Positions 38,768-50,912 of a stretch of DNA of 64,000 nt are shown piece by piece. Under the pieces are notes generated by a model that was given only the letters and a program-made list of their open reading frames with translations, was not told the DNA's origin and searched no databases. The position numbers and the translations under genes were made by a program. The DNA comes from Phoronis australis (Eukaryota; Animalia; Phoronida), in the NCBI GenBank assembly GCA_002633005.1, contig NMRA01000066.1:1125704-1189703 (forward strand), written 5' to 3'. Positions within the stretch are counted from its first letter, which is position 1. Each line of letters starts with the position of its first letter.

Positions 38768-39080
38768 TACCCTAAGCCCCAGTCCAGCAAACACTAAACC
38801 CGCGGTAAAAATTCCATAACGCACCCATAAAATCCAAGTACGCGCCGAGAACACCCCAGACTCGGGATTTTATTCCTCACCTGGGCACAGGAGGAACCAA
38901 ACAACAGCGTCTGAAAAATACTTACATGTAAGCCAGGTTCACAAGTCTAGATTTCTATTTAAGAAATACCTCAACCACTGAAACGATAATCATCACCATT
39001 CAAAGCAGAATAATACCGATTGAATTACTTAATTCGGTATAAAATAAATGAATTTACGATCAATTTTCGTTTAAACGGAC

Positions 39081-39244
39081 GGCGCATCACAGTCTAGAAA
39101 AGTTCATAGGAACTAGCAGTTATGTCTATATTCTAAGAAAGTGCAATTTCGCTCAAGTGAAATTTCGCTATTTTTCAGTAATAATTATATGGAGCATAAG
39201 ACCAAATTCTTGACATAAGTCTTAAGTTACTTTTCTTGAAACAC
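39081..39244. mobile_element. Partial Harbinger-type MITE (homologous to ~44520-44697)
   Basis: catcacagtctaga...taagaccaaatt..tcttaag..acttt..tgaaac shared with the 44435-44703 element. Confidence 0.55.
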
Positions 39245-39748
39245 ATTCCAAAGCTATAAAATAAGGAGCACGAGTTCTGAGATTTTGTTACAAATCTTCC
39301 TTTCTCGCCGTTGTCTGCCAGACACTCGCTGAAATCAAGGCCTGTGACTTTCACATTTAAAAACGATTAAAGTACTGTGCCATTTGGCGATCAGGATTTA
39401 GCTTTGCCAACAGAGCGTTTGGCTGCCACCGTAGAGTTTGCAGCTTCGATTCCGCGCTGTGGCTCATCTCTCCTGTCGCCGTAAAGTTCTTTTAAGGGAA
39501 AGGAGTCGCTTTCTGCGACTGAACGTCTTAGGCACCGATCGCCATTGATCAACTTCGCCATTGCCCAAACTTGAAAATTGTACAACTGGTGTCTCCTTCG
39601 CCAATTTTTCAAAGTCCTGTTACCTTACAAATTCCCTAGGTCCAATTATTAGAGAGCTTCATATCTGTTAGATCTCTCGTCTGGTTCATCTCAAAATGTG
39701 ATTTTTAAGTTGCCCGTTTTCTTTTAAGGTCAGTTCTATGTGTTTCAG

Positions 39749-39849
39749 GGTCTTCAACAGATAGAGGTGAAAAAAATCGCTGCCTTAAGATGACAGCAGT
39801 AATCGACACAGCCTGTGTAGATGACACGTACTCGACACAACCTGTATAG
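39749..39849 (+). CDS. GRM3: Candidate mGluR last exon B (GSSTDRGEKNRCLKMTAVIDTACVDDTYSTQPV*)
   Basis: Acceptor tgtgtttcag; phase-compatible with exon 5, giving an 898-aa protein. Confidence 0.5.
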
Positions 39850-40299
39850 ATGGCACCTACTCGGATCCCTTATAGAGAGTACCCACGCTCTAGCAGAACG
39901 GCGAGGCCGAATAAGAACAGTGTCCAACTCAAAAGTTCCACTAGACTTTGGGTGTGAATTGTTTCGCATAAACGTTAAAAGCTTACTCGACCAATACTCT
40001 CAGGAGACAGTTTCTTTACGGGGATGACGTAATCGGTTCCTTCTGTGACATGACTGTTAAGTGATTACTGCCATGAAGAGGGGCACAATTAGGGATCATG
40101 CTCGTTGGAGACACCACTCCTACGGTCGTCATGCTTCTTTGCTTCGTTAATGCATCACGTTTGATACATTTGGCTGTCTTGTTGAAACTTTAATTCGAGT
40201 TACGTCAGTGAACATGGTGAAGCAACGATGAATATCTACTCAAGATCTGTACATATATGTAAATGTATGTAAAAATTAATTTTATGGCAGACGACTATC

Positions 40300-42690
40300 T
40301 TGAGTTTTTTAACATTTATTGCAAAAAATAAAGGAAAAAGTACAAAGTAACAAAGTTCAAAGACAACACACACACACGCACACGCACACGCACACACACA
40401 CGCACGCACATACGCACACGTTTCACCGAAATTTCATAAACCAAAGAAACCAAACGTACTTTTCTCATTTGCATCTCGTTTTCAACAACCACTGTTACAA
40501 TAATTGTATTTTTCGGATGTGAAATAAATTTCTAAATCTTTTTTGAAGTGTTATAGAAGATGGTTCCACTTTCTACAGTATATATGCTTTTGGGCTAACA
40601 ATAGAAAAGGCCATCCGCTGTTCCAGTTTTACCAAATACAACACTTTGAAAATCTACAAATATATCCACGTTTTTTGTATTAATATCATCAACTTTTCTT
40701 TCCCAAAAGAACTTAATAAAAGTGCAATCCAAAAATAAATGTTCTAAACCTTCAGGTTCATTCCTACAAAAGGTTCTTCGGTCAGTTGGAGAAATACCAA
40801 CTCGCATTAAAAATATATTAGTTGCTAAGATTCTGTGTACAATTCTCGTTTGAAACCACTCGAGTTTAACATTTGAAGTACGAAAAACAGAAGTTTGTAG
40901 ACACAAACTCCATTCGGTCGTTGTTCTTGCAAAACTAAAAGTATTTTCCCATTTTTCTAATTCTTTGATTTTTGTAATAAAATTGTCAGAAAAATATGAT
41001 ATATCACGAGTATTTTTCAAGTGTTTCACCAAAATTTGCCACAGTTGTGGGATATCTGGTTGAGACACTTTTGCACTTGAAAAACATTATACCTTTGAAA
41101 GTTGGTTTCAAGCAAGTTTTCAATCCACAACAGTGTGTAAAAAGCGTTTATAATTACCAAATTTGTCTTAAAAATTGTTGTTTCAAATTTCTTCAATTAA
41201 ATCAGATAAGAATCTCACACATTTTTCATTCAAGTAGGGCAAAATATTGGTTTTCCTACGGTCTGATTCTTCGTGCTATGCTGTAAATGTAGGGTTAGTA
41301 TCTTCTTCTCTGACATCGTTTATTGTCGAAACAAACTCAAATTTTGAAATAAACACATCCTTCCAAAAAGGAATCCCTGTGGACTGGGCTAACACTTTAA
41401 AAACAGTTTTCCCCCATTGAACATATTTTCAATGTATCAGTTAGACTCTAGCTAGATGAACCATGCTGAGACCGCAATCTTCATAATTCTGAACCATATT
41501 CTTACGAGAAATTCTATCTTTTTTGGTACTCCAAATAAACTGAAAAATAATTTTCTTCAGTTGTTTGATAAAATCGTCCTTCAGCGATGCGTAATCTTTG
41601 GCAATAATAAGATTTCACCACACAGAACACGAAGGTTTCTTCTGATCCATGAGTGTAAGATATTCTTTAAAATCTTAGCACGCATCCAGCAATCGCTTTC
41701 GCATTATACCCAGGTGCTCATTCATTATCCTTTCACAAAGTCACTACTAAACCGAGCTCAGAGTAGGAGACACCTTTATACAATGCTTGAGTGTCATCCA
41801 GGAAGCCAGCACTTGAACTCAGATCTCCCAAACGGGAGTTCGGAGCTCAAACCACTGAGCTACAGTGCCTTCTCATAAGAAATTCTGAGTAACAATAGGT
41901 TTTGTATTAAAGATCAAACCAGTCTTTCGGGTTGGATTCACACTCAGTTTAATCCCCTAAGTCGAAAATTCTGTTTTTGACTAAAATCAGGTGTCCGGGT
42001 ATCATACTTCATGATTCCAATCCATATGCACTCGGTTTTTTCAATACAAGGTTTAAGAACTGAATACTTAGCAAATTGGTCCAGGAGATCCAGAGCTTTT
42101 TTGAAAGATTTGTCAGAACCATTTGTTACAATCGCTATATCATCTGCATACTATAGAATGTTTACTTCTCGAGTTCCATAATTGTCTCCCTGTACTTCAT
42201 TACTATTTCTAAACATGTAGCCCAACACTTCAGAGCAAGGCACAAAGACTAAGGCGAGATTGGGTCTCATTGTTTGCACCCTCGATCAACTTTGAAAAAT
42301 TCTGAGGTAATGCTATATTGCTTGACGAAAGGTTGAAAAGTTTTCATTAACATTTTGTCATTTTACAAAAAGTATCTCCAAACCCAAACATCTTAAGAAC
42401 ATTAAACACGAAACTTCAAAACAATGAGTCAAATGCTTTTTCACAATCCTCTATTTTTAAAAGACAAGGAAGCTTTCTTGAGTCCACATTATGCAAAATG
42501 TTATAAATAGTTCGGGTGTTTTCACCAGTACATAGACCAGATAAAAAAAACATGTAAGCTCTAGGTGAATTAATTTTCCAAGAACTTTATTCAGTCTGTG
42601 CTAAACACTATGACAAAGTTTATGACTTATATTTAACAAGGAAATGGGTCGCCAAAGTTGATAAAACATTCTCAGGACTTACCGGGTTTT
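40300..42690 (-). mobile_element. 5'-truncated, degraded L1/Tx1-clade LINE (RT plus C-terminal zinc finger)
   Basis: Minus strand: WRPISLLN (~42640), DCEKAFDSL (~42435), RGCKQ*DPISP (~42270), YADD (~42145), WFQTRIVHRILATN..FCRNEPEGLEHLFLDCTFIKFFW; (TG)n tract near the 3' end at 40367-40420. Confidence 0.85.
41690..41869 (-). mobile_element. tRNA-derived SINE nested in the L1/Tx1 relic
   Basis: Minus strand starts ggcactgtagctcagtggtt (A box) .. gagttcaagtgc (B-box-like), followed by a non-tRNA body. Confidence 0.65.
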
Positions 42691-42691
42691 G

Positions 42692-43951
42692 CCAGCATGG
42701 AATCAACTCAAAAACGTCTCATAAAACAAAACTACTGGGCTTCATCGATGAGATTATTAAGCATGTTGAAAAGGGAGTAGCGTTGATGCTCTTAAAATGG
42801 ATTTCAGTAAAGTATTTGATAAGGTTAACCATTCCTTGCCGATTCACAAATTAAACTGACTGAAGATCAGGTACTATTTTGATAACAGTTGGATTGCAAT
42901 TTTCCTGACTGGTCGACAACACACTGTAGTTGTCAGAGTATACCTGTGGAGTCTGGGATGTCTCGAGACTCAGTGTTATGCCCATGCTTGTTTGTATTGT
43001 GCGTGGATATTTTCCTTGGCCTGTCTGGTAAAATCAAATTATTTGCAGACGACATACAATGCAACAACATTGCCAACTCAGCCGCTGACAGAGAGGCTCT
43101 GCAGAAAGATCTAGATAGTCTTGTGACATGGTTTTTCACCCAGACAATTGTAGTGCCCTCACTCTCACTCTGACCCGAAAATGCCTCACACAATCACACG
43201 CTAGAGTCAGTCAAGGTGGCTAAATAAGTTGGGCGTTACGAAAGGTGGAACTTGCGTATAAGCACCCAACGATGTAAGGGGATTGCATATAAAACAATGA
43301 CTCTACCCACCTTGGAATATGTTGTTTGGGACCCCAATACTCACAAGGACATGACTACTGAAGAGAAAATACAGATGAGAGCTGCTCGTTGGGTCACGAG
43401 ACGGTTCAATCGTCTATCCTCCGCTGGGTCATTGTTAGAAACCTTAATCTGGCCCACCTTCAACCACAGACGCAAAATCTGTAGGCTGAAGATATATTAC
43501 AAGTACGATAAAAACGTCGGTGATCGTCAACTCGGATGTTGTGCCTGCCGCAGAATCTGCCCTCCTTGACATCCGTTTGTCTTTCAGTTATAACATTCCA
43601 ATAAGTAGGACAGGTTACAGGAAAAGACATTCTTTTCTAGAACAGACGCAGACTGGGATAGCTTGTCCGGCTAAATTACATCGGCCCCTTCTCTTAACAT
43701 ATTTGTCAGCAAGTTATCGGCACTTATGAATTGACATACATGTACCCGGGTGCCTCCATCTGGGGCACTCGCTCACTGTCTGCCCTGTCTGTAAACGTCC
43801 CAGTTTTTTTAAGCCATCTCTGAAGTGACGTCCACAACGTATATATTTTTAAATTTGTTATAGTTGTTTTCGTCTTTGTTGATCGTCATTGCAATGCAGA
43901 AATAAAATACTCCAGAGAGAATGTGGTCTCTTGAACCCAGAAGAAGAAGAA
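42692..43951 (+). mobile_element. 5'-truncated, degraded CR1/RTEX-like LINE
   Basis: MDFSKVFDKVNH, SWIAIFLTGRQHTVV, SG...SVLCPCLF, IKLFADD, LQKDLDSL.TW, AYKTM..PTLEY.VWDP, EKIQMRAARWVT; (aga)n tail at ~43939-43951. Confidence 0.85.
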
Positions 43952-44434
43952 CTCAAGAGATGACCTGAGGTTGGCTTTGTACTCCGTTCACCTAAGTCTG
44001 CACTTGTGTCGAAAAGTCTTAACTTATGGAACGGAAACAGTGAATTCTGTCCAATAACAAAAAAAATCTACCACACTTCAACATTCCAAACTGAACGACA
44101 ATGCAATGTTAACCTATAAGCATAGTCACGAAACACTGGCCTTTCTTCGCGTGAATTACGGGCATGGCCATGCGTAATTTCGACAGGCCTGCAAAAACAA
44201 ACTAAGCTAGTCGATTTCAACCTCTTCCGAGGACTGGGGCCCTTTCCAAGCAAACTGCCTTAGCTTAGACAAATGTTAAGATAAACCTTAAATTTGTCTC
44301 AAGACCCTTTCAAGAAAAATATTTTAAACTTGACTAAGTTGTTGACCTACATTTTGTTCGGATATGGACGTTTAAAAGTTCGGAAGTCGAGACAAATCTG
44401 GGATTTAAATAAAAAAATGTCAGTTTCTTGGAAC

Positions 44435-44703
44435 GGGCCCCTGTTTCAAAGAAGTGACTTAAGACAGAAATTTGGTCCTACGCTTCCTCTTCACAATTCG
44501 TAAAAAGGTTTAGTAAGTATGGGCACATCACAGTCTAGATAAGTGATTTATAAAACATTCTCAGTAATTAGCAGTTGTATTCTCAGAGACTCTGCACTTT
44601 TTCACAAGCGAGATTTTTAATTATTTTTCCAGAAAATGGTTGTGTGAAGTGTAAGACCAAATTTTGCTTAAATCTTAAGGCACTTTTTATGAAACGAACT
44701 GGC
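44435..44703. mobile_element. Harbinger-type MITE
   Basis: Imperfect TIRs gggcccctgtttcaaagaagtgacttaagac ... tcttaaggcactttttatgaaacg. Confidence 0.6.
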
Positions 44704-45177
44704 TCCTGAATCTTGAGTCGTCGTTAAAATTACGTCAAGCATCTTTGCAACGATGGATGGCCCTCTCATCACCGCGACAATGATAATATTTTACGATGTC
44801 TGCCCGATAACATCAACACTTTCACATGCGCACTCCGCGGGACGTACATACTGGTGTTACTTCGATGTAAATGCGCAGCTGATGCAAACCTTGTCTTACC
44901 TACGGTAATCTTACAGAATGAAAACAATCTACACGCCTTGTATCACGAAAGATTTTGATTGAAACCTTTTACCGTTGTGGAACTGGTCTCAAATTCTGCT
45001 TCAGTCAAACCGAGATTCGGAACAATGGATAGTTCGTCAGTGCTTAAGATTATAGTTAAATTTGGCAACTTTTCTACATTCAGAAAATAGATACTTTCAG
45101 TGAGTTAAAATTTATTCTTGTCTAGTTAAATTCACAGACTCGTCAATAATATCCAACATAACCTCAAGACGAGGCTT

Positions 45178-45830
45178 TAGTAGTAGTAGTGGTGGTGGTG
45201 GTGGTGGTAGTAGTTTTATTGACCATCAAAACATAAACGACGGTTACAAAATAATTTAAAGATACGATAGTCCAATGAAAATGTTAACAAACAGGCTTAA
45301 AAAAGAAATTGAAGAATATAGTTTCCACGCTTACAACAGTTTATGCATGTAACACGAGTGATGAAGTTCAGTTCAACAAAGTAATAAAGAACCAGTGGGT
45401 CTAAGTGATTCCAAAATTTGAAGGGAAACTGGAAATATTGCAATTTTATACAATCATAATGCCTAGCGTTCGAACAATTTATGGTTTCAGGAACATAGGT
45501 TGCTAATTGTTTGTCGGGTTGATTCAACAACAAGGAAATGGACGTATGGTCCTGTACGTAGATCTGATATTGTTGAAAAGAGGAAAACAGTAATACGTGC
45601 TCCTCTAATTGAACCTCACCACATTGGCAGAGTCTGAGTTCTCGTGGTATTCTCGCCCATCTTCCCGACTCCATCCTAGGTCGGTGTGAGGATAGCCGCA
45701 CACGCGTTGGTGCTTTGAAATGTCCGACGCAGAATACATCCACCCTGGGGCAAGACTGGGGTTCAGGAACGCGTAAGCGGAAGAACGAGATATGTACAGA
45801 TTATTTCTCACGTTAGGTTTAAGCACGTTG
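45178..45830 (-). mobile_element. 3' fragment of a LINE (RTEX/L2-like C-terminal zinc-finger region) with simple-repeat tail
   Basis: TRVRLSSHRPRMESGRWARIPRELRLCQCGEVQLEEHVLL matches the recalled 'RLSSH.L.IETGR......R.C..C.....E.H.L..C' motif; (tag)n(tgg)n at 45178-45213. Confidence 0.75.
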
Positions 45831-48800
45831 AGTGAGTCGCAGGGTTGCGAAGGTTTACGAACGTGCAGAAAACGCGCCGTAAGACTTTGGAAAGTGATTG
45901 CCTGGTTAATGTTTGACGCAAGAGATGAACTCCGGAAACTATCTCTAACTCGCAGCTTATTAAAGAAATGACTTAAGTTTGTTTAAAGAGTACACACCAT
46001 TACCCAGTGTCTCAAAAACAATTTTATTAATACATCTTAAAAGAGTGTTAAGAACATTTAATAACTCGGTGACATGCTGATGGACGCAGTGGTACAACTT
46101 TATTTGAAATGAAAATAAACAGTTTCATGACCATCTAATGCTCAAAGATTGTTTTTTTACTGTTCCAATCCCTTTTAGCATTTTGGATCCGGATCCCCAT
46201 CCGAAGGCCTAAACTTCCCACCGACAGTTCAAGCTTCGCATTTGATGATTAAGCCTAATAACTATCGTGAGCATTTCACATTCGTGAGCTTGCAACGCAC
46301 GTTCAGAGAATTTCTACTGATACGAGACGCAAAAAGTGTGATATCTACATTTTGTAGATAAACTGGGAATTTTTGAGACAAAGGTTCCAAGCCAACAGTT
46401 AAAGGTAAATTTGAAATTACAATGGATATGATTTAGAAATCTGGGGCACATATTTTGTTTTCGTTTTATAATAAAACTGCATCTAGTGCATTGAAAGGGT
46501 ATCCCATCTTCGGCCGAGTACGTCCATAACCGCCTAGAGTCGAGTTCCATCCTCGGGATAGACATGATGTCTGGGCTTGAGATCTCACAAGTCGTTATTT
46601 CTTACCACCAAGCTTATTAAGATGCTTATCATTGCGGGTAACAGTTGCAGTCGAGTCAGTATAAGGGAAATTTCAGGCATATTCTTCGCAATTAACTTCA
46701 ATTTAAACACAGACTAGAGCCCGATCGCATTGCTTTGTTCGAAGTGCATAAAGTTGATGATTTCAGCCACTGACCTGTTCGTATTCTATCCCTGGCACCC
46801 ATTTTGGTGACAACACAGCTAGCTGCTTTGATTTAGGGAACAGTGAATGCCTCGTGAATCCTCTGCCTGGGAGATACTGGACGTAAGCGCACCCTTTAGG
46901 TTGTTCCACAGCCAGGTTTTCTACGAATGTAAGGCTTTCCGCAACCATACATGTACGAGAGTTTACTTAACGTATTTGTGAACTCTAAACAGAACGCCAT
47001 TTTTGTAAAATTCTACAGAATGGTTTCATGTTTAATTTATACCTTTTGGATTAAATTTTAACCTAACCAATACATAGGTTAAAAACTCACACAAGAGAAT
47101 TCCATGTGAAAGGGTGAAATTTTCATAGCAGCTCCTAACATGAATCCCTTTGGTAAAAATCTAGTCACTAAGCCAACGCCAGCGCATGGAGTGTTAACTT
47201 ATGAACAAAAACGCACTGGGATTTAATATGGTGACTGATAATTACGCAGTGAAGACCTAGTCAAAGTAAAGGCCAAGTGTTTATCAGAACCGTTAGTATA
47301 TAGAATCCTTTCATTGTAATTCTTTGTAAGCATTGGGGAAATAAGTAAAACATAGTCTTCTGACACGTTATATGTTGGTTACATCACATGACTAATGGAA
47401 TTGTTTTAAATTGTAGACTTACAGCCACCATTACTGCTCCTATGAATCGGTCATCAGTGAGAATGTACCGATCAAGTGAAAAGTAGGAAAATAAATGGAA
47501 TTTTAGGTGATCTTTTAGTTACTGATTGAAACAATAAGCGGCTGAGAAGACTTAAACTGTTTACCAATAAGGATCACATAAGGAATACAAGGTCCGCACC
47601 AGTGGTTGAGGTAAGAATGAATCAAGGTCTCCAAGCATATACATGCATACATCCCTTGACACGTCTAAAATGCTTGTGCCAAATCGGTTTTCTAAAACGT
47701 TAAATCCTCACCGCTTAAGCCCGTTTCGGGGCACCAAGCACTTCACTATCGTTAGTAAAATTTCGAGAACCACAAGCGCAGTGAATGCTGATGCGAAACG
47801 TAATTGAGCGTGGAAATATTTTTCCGAGCTAGCAACTTCACTTGAAAACACAAAAGTAATGTACTCTAAGTGGAATGTGAAATTCTAATCTTCTTATAAA
47901 AGTGGCACCCTTTTTAGCGAGGGATATTCAGGGCAATGATCGAAGTAGAGAATTGTAACAAATGCGACAGCTTGCGCACTACTGCACTGTAGGCTATCAT
48001 GTGGAGTACTGTGTTCCTGTTGAAGGATGATGGCTACATTGGCTAATTAAAATATATACTCCAAACTATATTACTGCGGTAATAAACGGTGCTAAAACGA
48101 CCTTAAGCGGAACTTTCACGCTAATTAAGTACCTAGTCTGTAACACAACATATAGGCCTAGCGACGATGTGACTAAGAAGTAGGTTGGAAATTGCCAAAT
48201 GTTTTTAAGAACAAGTTTTGTATCGAAAATGATCCGCGTAAATAATTCGACTGTGTCCAGTAAGTATCGTGACGTATTGTTGGAGAATAACACTGATGCG
48301 GACTTTGGGTGCCCCCAAGGTACGTCATTAGAGCAAAGATCACCTATTTGCAGAATTTGTTTCCACATACATGTATACATGTACCAGTCGTCAATGAGTA
48401 CAATTGCACTTTGTTTAGTGTAAGTGGCATTTAAATTGCATTGTCATTTAGTCCCTGCTTTACATTGGAAAAGTTGGGAACATGTAAATACATCTTTAAA
48501 GGTGCTCCATTTTTGATACTTTGGTGCCTCACCTTTCCACAACGTCGTAAAAAGAATGAGAATCAAGCCACAGGCGTGGTAATTTTAACGAAAGTACACA
48601 CGATAATGTTTCACCTGTTCCAAAACACACGATACAGGAGTTTCATTTCCTGTTTACTTAAGCGCCGCTCTACGACTATTTTGGTATTTTTTACTGCCTT
48701 AGAATTTATAGTTTTGTAAATATTTGGCTAAATGCGCAGGGTTGCAGACAAGGTTATAAAAAAACTTAAAACATCTGCATGGCCTGCAGCCAAGTGATTC

Positions 48801-48899
48801 AAATAAAATTGCGTCTATTGATGAATTTCAGCATTTGTGACACGAAAGTAAGGACAATCAACGGGCGACAGCCAAGAAGTGCCACGAGTGAAGACCTCC

Positions 48900-49715
48900 A
48901 TGCACTGGGATGCTCTGGCTGGCGGCTGCGTTTTAATGGCTATTTCATTGGCAGTGGCCTGTTTGTTTCGGTCGAAGAAAAGGAAAATTTCGACACCAGG
49001 AAATGCTCAGCCCACTGCACCCGAGGAGGTTTCCACGGCATCACTTGAGGTGACGCCAAATAAGAGTGGGCTTTTAGAGAAGTTCCCAAAGCCAAGGAGC
49101 TCCTCAGTCGAGTCTTACCAAACGTATCACCCACCAGGCTTGTCAAGAGAAAGTGTAGCCAACAATGTAGCGAAGAGTCAAACAACCCCCGTTCTCGAAG
49201 TGGACCCATCGGTTCAGGGAGGCAGAGCACAGAATGCCTCCAAAGGGCTCGCAACGTCCGCGATACCAGATCAATCTTCGCAAACAAAGCAAACACAGAA
49301 CAGTGGAAGACCAGCCGCTGGCACCGCTAAGAGGAAGAATTCTAGCGAAAACTCCTTGGAAGAGTCCACCGAATCATCCGAGGAGGTAAAACAGATCGCA
49401 ACGCAGCTAGCCACAGTTGGTGAGGAGGTCACAGAGCCACAAATGAAACCATCACGGTCTCCCAAAACGCCAACCAAGACAACTAGTAGACCATGCACCC
49501 CTGTCATGAAGAAAGTTTCCGTCGACCAATACAAAACGGCCAGACCCCCGTCATTGGCAAAGTTGCAACATCACGTGGACACGGCAAAGCTGGAAAGGAG
49601 CCGGACGGACCTCTTGACCGCTTACGAGGAGCACGATCTTCAGAAATTAATGCAAGCCATTAGGACAGCGGAAGAAGAAGGGCTTGAAGTACTTCTTCAT
49701 AAAGAAATTAGGATG
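48900..49715 (+). CDS. Uncharacterised membrane-anchored protein with dynein MTBD-like domain, coding exon 1 (TM anchor, S/T/P/E-rich linker, helical segment)
   Basis: 272-codon open frame; MHWDALAGGCVLMAISLAVACLF followed by RSKKRK; in-frame upstream stop at 48849; donor atg|gtaaga, phase 0. Confidence 0.8.
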
Positions 49716-50153
49716 GTAAGACAATAAGTTATTGGTAGAGTATACTGTGGCTCTACAGGTCATGCATGCATCATAGTCACGTCATTTGCATGACCTACAT
49801 TGATGTCAGTCATTTTAAGTTGCAGAACAACGGTCCCGAACTCAAGCCCCGGTCGGACAGTAATCTTTTCGGCGTGCAATTTTTAGGTGCCAGTTTACTA
49901 CCTAGACATTTTTCCTTTAGTGGCATATTATACCAAAGACGTTACTAAAGCCGCCGCCTTTATTGTCATGAACCATGGCGACACCTAGCGGGGGTGTTTG
50001 CGCCGACGAAGTACGCGATACGTCGACTATCATGTCCAACTAGAAAATTTAGCTCATTACTCCAACCTATTAGCATGGATACGACAGCGGACGCTACGTT
50101 TGCTTCACTGATATGTGGCAAGGATTTTCTAAATCTAATTTCATGCTTTCCAG

Positions 50154-50416
50154 GCCTCCACTCGAAAGGCCGTCCTACTTAGCATCAAGAAGACGACAGA
50201 CGACGTGGTGGCCATAACTCAGGACATCATAATCGAGGTGGCCAAGTATCGGGTGCCACCCGCGGCCGTGCACGAGATACTACGAGCCGCTCTTCTGGTG
50301 ACGGGCGACTGCGAGGAAGTCACCAAAGACTGGATGGTGTGCAAAAAACGTTGCAGCACGGTCTACTCAAAGGATTACCACGGCCTATTTCACCGTATGA
50401 GCACGTTTAACCTGAG
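50154..50416 (+). CDS. MTBD-like protein exon 2 (copy 1)
   Basis: ctttccag|ASTRKAVLLSIKKTTDDVVAITQDIIIEVAKYRVPPAAVHEILRAALLVTGDCEEVTKDW...MSTFNL ag|gtgaca; phases 0 to 2. Confidence 0.8.
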
Positions 50417-50649
50417 GTGACAGCGACTGTGTAGGCCTGCACAAAAAACGGGTCATTTTCTGAAGATGTAACACGTGGTGCAGAATTTCTCTAGTCGCGA
50501 TATCTATTAGTTTCAACCAACAAAAAGCATTGGAGGANGAAAATTTAGCTCATTACTCCAACCTATTAGCATGGATACGACAGCGGACGCTACGTTTGCT
50601 TCACTGATATGTGGCAAGGATTTTCTAAATCTAATTTCATGCTTTCCAG

Positions 50650-50912
50650 GCCTCCACTCGAAAGGCCGTCCTACTTAGCATCAAGAAGACGACAGACGAC
50701 GTGGTGGCCATAACTCAGGACATCATAATCGAGGTGGCCAAGTATCGGGTGCCACCCGCGGCCGTGCACGAGATACTACGAGCCGCTCTTCTGGTGACGG
50801 GCGACTGCGAGGAAATCACCAAAGACTGGATGGTGTGCAAAAAACGTTGCAGCACGGTCTACTCAAAGGATTACCACGGCCTATTTCACCGCATGAGCAC
50901 GTTTAACCTGAG
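50650..50912 (+). CDS. MTBD-like protein exon 2 (duplicate copy, V>I variant)
   Basis: Same as 50154-50416 except EEITK and one silent change. Confidence 0.5.
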
